From the NCBI RefSeq assembly GCF_000002075.1, contig NW_004797721.1:188659-252658 (forward strand): a stretch of 64,000 nucleotides of DNA, in the 5' to 3' direction. Made by a program: the position numbers and the translations under genes. The notes beneath the pieces are model-generated. The model ran no database searches and was not told the origin of the DNA. It worked only from the letters and a program-made list of their open reading frames with translations. Position 1 is the stretch's first letter. Each line of letters opens with the position of its first letter. Positions 58,401 through 64,000 of this stretch are shown here, piece by piece. The stretch comes from Aplysia californica. Taxonomy: Eukaryota.

Positions 58401-61400
58401 CTTCCTACTTGTAGGAATGTACTTTTTGCTGACCCAGAGAGCTGCTTCACTGTTGATTATTGAGCTTTCCACTTGTGGAAATACTGTCAATTAAATCATT
58501 TTAACATTTTAGAAAAGTAGGAGACAGATCAGCCAAATGCTTGCACTTGCAGACTTTAAAAGGTTGCCCGAAATCAAAGGTTAAGTAATTCACAAACTGA
58601 GTCGATGCTCGTCAGTTTTCATTTTTTGAAAAGTGAGTCAATGTGAGGATGTATTTTCAGTGATTACATTTTTAAAGAATTTGTTTCTGAAACAAAGCTG
58701 TGTAAGAGACAGTGTGGCCTATTCCCCTTTTAATGAAAAAGACCCCCTTCAATGACATAGGTATTTTAGTTTCATTGCCAGACATTAAAGGTCATGCAAT
58801 GTTTTAGTTAAACCGTTGGTTGCTATGATAACACATATAGATATATATGTGATTTTGTTTATTTTTACTAATAGTTTAAATATAATTTTTCCTAATACAC
58901 AGTATGGGTGTTTTTGTTCATGCTGTTTTGTAACAAGGAGCTGTGTGCTATAATTGATGTGTACATGGGTTTGTATGTGCAAGGTTGTTTTTGTTTTGTT
59001 TTGTTTTGTTTGGGTGGGGGGGGGGGGGTGTTAGAAAGAGAGACGGAGAGAAAGAATCGCTAGAACTGATGATGCTAGTGTTCTTTGTATTATTGCAAAA
59101 TGTATTGAGCATTTTTTTGGTGGAAGTGTGTTTCTGAGTGATATTTATTATTATTAGCGTCATGCTGATATTGGGATGATAACAAAAGTCTAGCTGTCTG
59201 CAACGTCTTCAATGTTTGATTTTCCAGGCTTCAGAAAATCCCACGTCTGCTGGTGGCCACCCATGAGGGTCACTTGTACATCTACAACCTGGACACGGTG
59301 GAGGGCGGTGAGTGCACACTCCTGAGGACTCACACGTAAGTGGCCCGGCCCACATGGGGCTTTTCTCACTGCGCTGTATTGCAGTAGAACTACAGAGTGC
59401 TGTCAAAGTAAAATCTATATTTGAGACAGACATCCCCCATAATTCAAAGGTTGTGTTTACTGGGGTGCCTTGTTTCCCTGAAGTTTCTCGATTCTGGAAA
59501 TATGGAATGTTCTAGACCCTCTGCTTCTTAAATGAAGATGTAGATTCATTTTTTTCCTTCACCAGCAAATTGTAATGTGAATGTTTCTTTTGTTGAACAT
59601 CATATAAGTTCCAGAAGTCCAGTCTCTTCTCGATGGCACTTCCACACATGCAGAGTAATGTTTTAACAATGTGTCATAACAAAGTTTTTAACCTTTTCGC
59701 ATCATGTCATGCCACGTTGGTGAGTGATTTTTTTTTCACTCCCCATCAATTCATGGCAGACAGTTTGGCACTCCTGGGCCTATTTATGTTTTCATTGCCA
59801 TGGTGATGTTAAATTTTATTGTTACACTCTGTGCCTTGTTTTAATTTTTAGGGTCTAAATTTTGGCAATGCAGTAAAATCAAAACAATAATTTTTATTTT
59901 CGGCCATAAAAATAGATACAGATCTAGTTACTCTTGCTAATTATTTTTTTTAGGTGACTTGTAAATGAATGTTTGGTATTCCCACAACTGGTCATAATGA
60001 CCTTATGAAAACTGACTTTTCAAAATACTTCTACCTGAACAGTTTTTTTTACTAAATGAAAAGGTGGTAAGGATGTTGTTGACAAGAGTGAAGGTCATGG
60101 TGACTGGTGATGATACTGACTTTGTAATATATCACAGCTGTTAAAACTTGACTAATTACGCTATGACAGCATACCTTCTTCTATCCTTTTGAAGTCTTTT
60201 GTCAGAGAAAGTAAATGTATGTCTTTTCATCTGTGCTGTCGAGAGCTTTGCTTTGATTTGACAGATACTCTTATTCCAAAAGAAAGTGATGATTGAGTTG
60301 CTTAAAAGTAACCTCAAATTTTGCACATATATTATATATATACACGTTTAAGGGATGGCGCAGGGTATAAAACTACATACATAGGGAATGTGCAGCTTGA
60401 TGCGAAAGAGTTAACTTATTGTTGTCTTCTTATCACTGCCTTTTCTTTTTTGTTTCTAATCAGATCTGATATTTTAGTTAAAATGTTGTTGAATATAAAT
60501 GAAATTGACAAAAGTAGAAGTACCAAACAATTATAAATAGAGTGCTATCTGGAAATGATAATTTGCTCCTTGATTTCAAATTCAAACAGTTATTTTTTAA
60601 AAACTTGCATCATGAGTGTTACAAAGAGATAATGTAATTAACAGAAAACTATTTTAAAGAATAATTTTTTGGTGTTTTATTACATTTGTTTTTCTGTGTC
60701 TTACTGACACGTGATAATTGATGTACCTATTATAATGTCTTTATTGTCTTTTACAATGTGTCCATAATATTTATAATGCAGTAACACATTTTAGTGATAT
60801 TATATGTCTATTAAGTGCAACACATTTTCAGTGTTTCTCTTCTCTGTTTGTTACATTGAAGCCTCTGAACAGAATGAGGAAAGAATTGTTTGTCTGAATG
60901 TATTATGTAACTCTGTTCTACTGAATCTTATTATATCTTAAACTTTCATTTCCTACTCTTTGACAGTTTTTCTAAATCTAACTTCATGACTTGAGCAGAA
61001 GATTATTGGATACCTTCAAACAACTTCTTGGCTGTGGTTTCTCACTTTTTTCTATATGGTGCTGAGTGAGGATGAAAATATTTGCCATGTGTTTTCAGGG
61101 GCATAGCACATAGGTTCTGCTTCATTCTTGTTCTTTCGTTGTTGATTTCAGGTTGTCCTTTTTTTTGTCAGTGCCATGTCAACTGTGATTATATACATTC
61201 GAACCTGCCTTAACCGAAATCTATGTGAAACGGAAACCTGTCTTAACGGAATATCCCCGCTCCCCCCTTGATGTATTCCTCTTTAATTACCTGTATAAAA
61301 CGGAAATCTGTCCAACGCGGAAATGGAAAGAAAAATCCACTCCCTTCCGAGGGTTTCACCCGTCTAAGACGGAAAATGCTTTGCCCGCTCAACCCTGATT

Positions 61401-62957
61401 TGAAACAAAACTCGCAAGTTTGGGTCCGCCGACTCTAAACTTAACGCTATGGCTATGCCGCTGGGCGAGGAAGGGGAGTACGGGTGCAATTTGGGGGTAG
61501 ATGTTACCCCATCATGTGAGCCCTGAGCGATACAGATGGTCAGTGTGTGTGTGTGAAATCTCACGACTTCCCGTGAGAGTGCTCGTGTAGCGAGCCACTA
61601 CAGAAACTTTCCTGGGTAGCCAGAAGTCAGAGGTGTGAAATTAGATAGACCAATGCCTGCCGCCCTGATCGTACGGCCAGCCGAGAAAAGAGTTCCTTGA
61701 ATCGTTGTTACAATGATGGCAGTGAGGGGTGGCATTGGTGGGTGGGGCTAAGGGTGGAACCAAAGGAGATGTTCAAACGTTTCTGCTTTTAATAGGTCAA
61801 ACAGTGGTCATATGAAAGGCAAGCACTGGTGGTAATTGGATAAGAAAGACTGGCGCGGCGCATGTCATTATCAGAGAGGATAGCAATTGAGACGTGTGAA
61901 GTTTTGACCACTGCTTGCTGATCGGACAAGTGATCCTTGATCCCACCGGCTGGGCCTTTGAACCCCCCCCCCCCCACACACCTCCATCTCCCCCTAAATT
62001 CCCCTGTCTAAGAAGGAAAATGTCTAAGACGGAATTTTTTTCTGGCTCCCTTGCGATTCCGTCTTACACAGGTTCGACTGTATCTGTTTTTTTTGTCACG
62101 TGGAACTGTGGTGTGTTTTTATTTCTGTCTTTTCCTTTGTCTTGTTCCTATCCTGATGACTAACAGTTCAGGTGACTCTGGTTCCAATCCTGAATTAAAA
62201 GTTCTTTGAGTTTAAAGTGTTTTGGTTGGGCTCTCCCATCAAGTCTAGCCTTTTATAAAAAGAGGGTTTAACTGTTCCGAGAGTTATCTATACCACCATT
62301 TTGTACCATAAAATGTCAGAACAATCTCTGGTCTCTGTGATACTCTCTTCTTCAGTTGTGACTCTAAATTTCAATATATTTTCTCACTGTCCACCAAAAT
62401 AGTGTGAGCAGTTTGTTAAAATTCATTTCATGTCTCTTGTTATGACTGTTAGTTGGAGGTCATCACTTATTTCTTTTCTTTCCCTTTGTTTTTCCTTTTT
62501 TTCTCATGACTCTATGACTGTCTCTGTTTTTTTATTTCTGAGTGATTGGTTTGTGCGGGCTGTGATTAGGTTCTTCTACTTCTTTTATAAGTTTATTGTC
62601 TCAATTTGTTTTGTGATGAAGCTTGGCCACTTTGGTCTTGAGTCACTGCACCCTTCCATTTATCCTCTCGTAAGTTGATCCGTTTGTCTGGCTGGCCTAC
62701 ACTCTGTGGTGTTGAGCTGTGTTGTTTGATGAGACTTCATCTCTGGTTGTCCAGACTGGAGGGCCAGGCGCTGGAGCATCCCACAGCATCAGAGGAGGCC
62801 TCAAGCACCGACCGACCTTTGACCCAGGCCACTGGTGAGGATGCCTCATCCTCCTACGCAGCCACAGTTCGACGGCCTCACTCGGCCTCCTCCTCTTCCC
62901 CCTCCCACGCGACAGGAGGTAGTGGGGAGGCCGCTGCCTCGGCCCCAGCCCCTTCAG
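43345..62957 (+). CDS. WIPI2: WD repeat domain phosphoinositide-interacting protein 2 (WIPI1/2, Atg18 orthologue), spliced gene; terminal exon probably beyond window
   Basis: Ten phase-consistent exons: [131 protein letters not shown] (not LRRG) indicates the WIPI1/2 subfamily. Confidence 0.93.
43567..43652 (+). CDS. WIPI2: WIPI2 exon 2 ([28 protein letters not shown])
   Basis: CAG acceptor, G|GTAAGG donor. Confidence 0.9.
44198..44796 (+). mobile_element. Tc1-like internal deletion derivative
   Basis: TIR AGACTTCAACAAAAG[G/T]TAAGGACCAC; N-terminal transposase relic [14 protein letters not shown]...EVARRL...GRPKKTT from about 44562. Confidence 0.85.
45915..46150. mobile_element. MITE, same family as 30536-30772, opposite orientation
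   Basis: 29-bp TIRs; ATTT duplicated on both sides. Confidence 0.9.
47098..47830. repeat. Diverged tandem duplication, two units of about 370 bp
   Basis: AATTTCCAG..TCAAGGG and CTAGAA.GGC.CTCATTTCTTTATTT...ACAGAATG repeated at about 47100 and 47470. Confidence 0.8.
48371..48547 (+). mobile_element. 5'-truncated LINE 3' end with 12-bp TSD
   Basis: CTTAAATTGGTG at 48359-48370 and 48548-48559; terminal stem GGCGCTC...GAGTGCC and AAACT tail. Confidence 0.8.
49190..49356 (+). CDS. WIPI2: WIPI2 exon 3 ([19 protein letters not shown]...AVKLNRM)
   Basis: CAG acceptor, GTAAAT donor. Confidence 0.93.
49940..50134 (+). CDS. WIPI2: WIPI2 exon 4 ([19 protein letters not shown]...QIFDTITL)
   Basis: CAG acceptor, GTGAGT donor. 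Confidence 0.94.
50821..50913 (+). CDS. WIPI2: WIPI2 exon 5 ([31 protein letters not shown]), GC donor
   Basis: CAG acceptor; donor AAG|GCAAGG required to give the conserved ASEK-GTV junction. Confidence 0.9.
51665..51751. repeat. 29-bp minisatellite x3
   Basis: TCGACTT[G/A]T[G/T]TTAAAGATAAA..GATATT. Confidence 0.9.
51946..52016 (+). CDS. WIPI2: WIPI2 exon 6 ([23 protein letters not shown])
   Basis: CAG acceptor, GTGATA donor; FRRG phosphoinositide-binding motif. Confidence 0.94.
52850..52902 (+). mobile_element. Very short LINE 3'-end insertion with 9-bp TSD
   Basis: ATGATGAGT at 52841-52849 and 52903-52911; same core as 48491-48530. Confidence 0.7.
53041..53148 (+). CDS. WIPI2: WIPI2 exon 7 ([10 protein letters not shown]...[16 protein letters not shown])
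   Basis: CAG acceptor, GTTAGT donor. Confidence 0.93.
53588..53749 (+). CDS. WIPI2: WIPI2 exon 8 ([23 protein letters not shown]...[11 protein letters not shown]...)
   Basis: CAG acceptor, GTAAGT donor; blade-6 amphipathic loop. Confidence 0.92.
53830..53982 (+). mobile_element. RTE LINE 3'-end fragment (family of 21416-21900)
   Basis: [10 protein letters not shown] relic, shared CTGCACCTCCCCT, GTAAAA tail. Confidence 0.7.
54363..54824. mobile_element. MITE with TIR AGACCTGCATGT and flanking ATAACTAT duplication
   Basis: Inverted 12-13 bp ends; ATAACTAT at 54354 and 54825. Confidence 0.75.
55133..55560. mobile_element. Sola1-like MITE with ATAT TSD
   Basis: Imperfect TIR GTG.......GTGGTA[G/A]AATCA.G.GCT..TAA; ATAT on both sides. 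Confidence 0.65.
55654..57646 (+). mobile_element. Mariner (DD34D-type) element, defective, with an internal insertion of about 700 bp
   Basis: TIR CGAGG[T/G]CTGTC..ACGGAAAA.CGGAA with TA TSD; transposase start [12 protein letters not shown] at 55817; [29 protein letters not shown]; 34-codon spacing between the second and third catalytic positions. Confidence 0.93.
56583..57565 (+). pseudogene. Mariner transposase pseudogene (main part)
   Basis: Frameshifts, TGA at 57308-57310, third catalytic Asp changed to Asn (AAT at 57374). Confidence 0.9.
57800..58386 (+). mobile_element. RTE LINE 3' fragment
   Basis: [14 protein letters not shown]......[21 protein letters not shown]; (TGA)n-like tail. 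Confidence 0.82.
59228..59335 (+). CDS. WIPI2: WIPI2 exon 9 ([35 protein letters not shown])
   Basis: CAG acceptor, GTAAGT donor. Confidence 0.93.
59692..60410. mobile_element. piggyBac-type MITE
   Basis: TTAA on both sides; TIR CCTTTTCGCATCATG / CTCTTTCGCATCAAG. Confidence 0.7.
61196..62080. mobile_element. Tigger/pogo-type MITE
   Basis: TA|CATTCGAACCTG... and ...CAGGTTCGACTG|TA; repeated TGTCTAAGACGGAA subterminal motifs. Confidence 0.85.
62755..62957 (+). CDS. WIPI2: WIPI2 exon 10, low-complexity C-terminal tail ([14 protein letters not shown]...); 3' boundary uncertain (62834, 62957 or 63140)
   Basis: CAG acceptor at 62754 in the correct phase, GC-rich open frame; best donor CAG|GTAAGC. 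Confidence 0.72.
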
Positions 62958-64000
62958 GTAAGCTGGCGATGACATCTGTGGCTCCTCCTGGCGTTGGGGA
63001 GGCATGGCGTGGAGGTAGAGGAGGAGGAGAGCGCAGCTCTTACGCAGCCATGTTGAAGGGGAAGGGCGGCGGGGGCCCCCAGGAGGTGACGGCCGAACTC
63101 TGTCTCCTCTCGGTGCTGGACGAGCTGAGAAGTGACGGAGGTAAATCATATGGGACCGGGTTCCTCCTACCCCTTGTCCCCTCCAATACCCCTTCCCCTT
63201 CTCCTGGGGAGATTGTTTTTCTTGATGAGGCGTGCACCGAACACACTCTTATCAAAGTTCAAAGTTATGCTGTGCTGTTGATATTCATCATGGAAGTCGC
63301 CAAGAGAAGAATGATTGTCTCAGTGGGATTTCAGTGTTGATGAATGACTTCATGGCTTGCGTGTCGCAGCTTTGGACTTTTGATAAATCATGTCATGTGC
63401 ACGCCTCACAAACAACTCCTTCTCCCCCCCTAGTATACAGTGTGCAGCAAGGTGCATTTGTAGCGCTTATTGTTGCACGTTTCTCTCCACGCACACGCGT
63501 TATCCGTTGAACTTTGTTTACGTCCTCGTGCTATCGTTTTGTACTCTTTCTCAAACTTGAGTTGTGGTTTTTGCTTGTAGAATCTTGTTTTCTGAGGAAG
63601 ATTTGGTTACTTGTCTATGTACACTCAAAATACATTTTGGTTTGTTTTGTGTTTAGTCAAAATGCAGTGTAGTATATTACGTGCATTTTGCTCCGGTGAA
63701 TATTTTATATTGCTGCATGTCTACAATTTACATTTAGGTGTTGTGAGCTTTCTTGTTCTTGTGTAACCAAATTTTACTAACTTATTAAAATAATGATGTT
63801 TTTTGAGGAAAAAAACTAACATTTGTCTCAAAGGTTGTTGAGAATGCAGACCAGTTTAAATAACATGACTGTGTGATAGACAGATAAATTGCTTGTAAGG
63901 ATATATAGTAGTGTTTCTCTTAAGGGACTTTGTCCCATCAATTAAATTTATGGGAAAGTATGGTGTAAAGTTTTTATCATGAAAGTCTGGATGTCATGGC

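Noticed and set aside
63341-64000. Terminal WIPI2 exon
   Set aside because: The candidate acceptor near 63580 gives no WIPI-like C-terminus; the region is T-rich intron or UTR.

Overview
AT-rich, intron-rich animal genomic DNA, probably a lophotrochozoan such as a mollusc (inference from repeat content and intron style), with four N gaps. Two protein-coding genes lie head-to-head, with start codons about 9 kb apart. (1) Minus strand: a small-HERC E3 ubiquitin ligase (HERC4/HERC3-like; RCC1-like repeats followed by HECT). I traced 24 phase-consistent coding exons from the ATG at 34374 down to 1943 (about 901 codons); the HECT C-lobe lies left of the window. (2) Plus strand: a WIPI1/2 (Atg18) PROPPIN with the FRRG motif. 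It has 10 coding exons from the ATG at 43345, one GC-AG intron, and a tail exon with several in-frame candidate donors; the last exon probably lies beyond the window. Introns and the intergenic region are packed with decayed transposons: a Buster/Charlie hAT, a full-length Sola1 relic plus MITEs with AWWT target duplications, two mariners (one carrying a captured GC-rich fragment), a Tc1 derivative, Tigger/pogo-, hAT- and piggyBac-type MITEs, RTE LINE pieces, tRNA-derived SINEs, and THAP and MADF domain relics. I found no convincing new multi-gene system. The best leads are the modular WIPI2 tail exon, the Sola1 family, the mariner capture event and the TAGATCTA/TAGGCCTA clustering around the two 5' ends.
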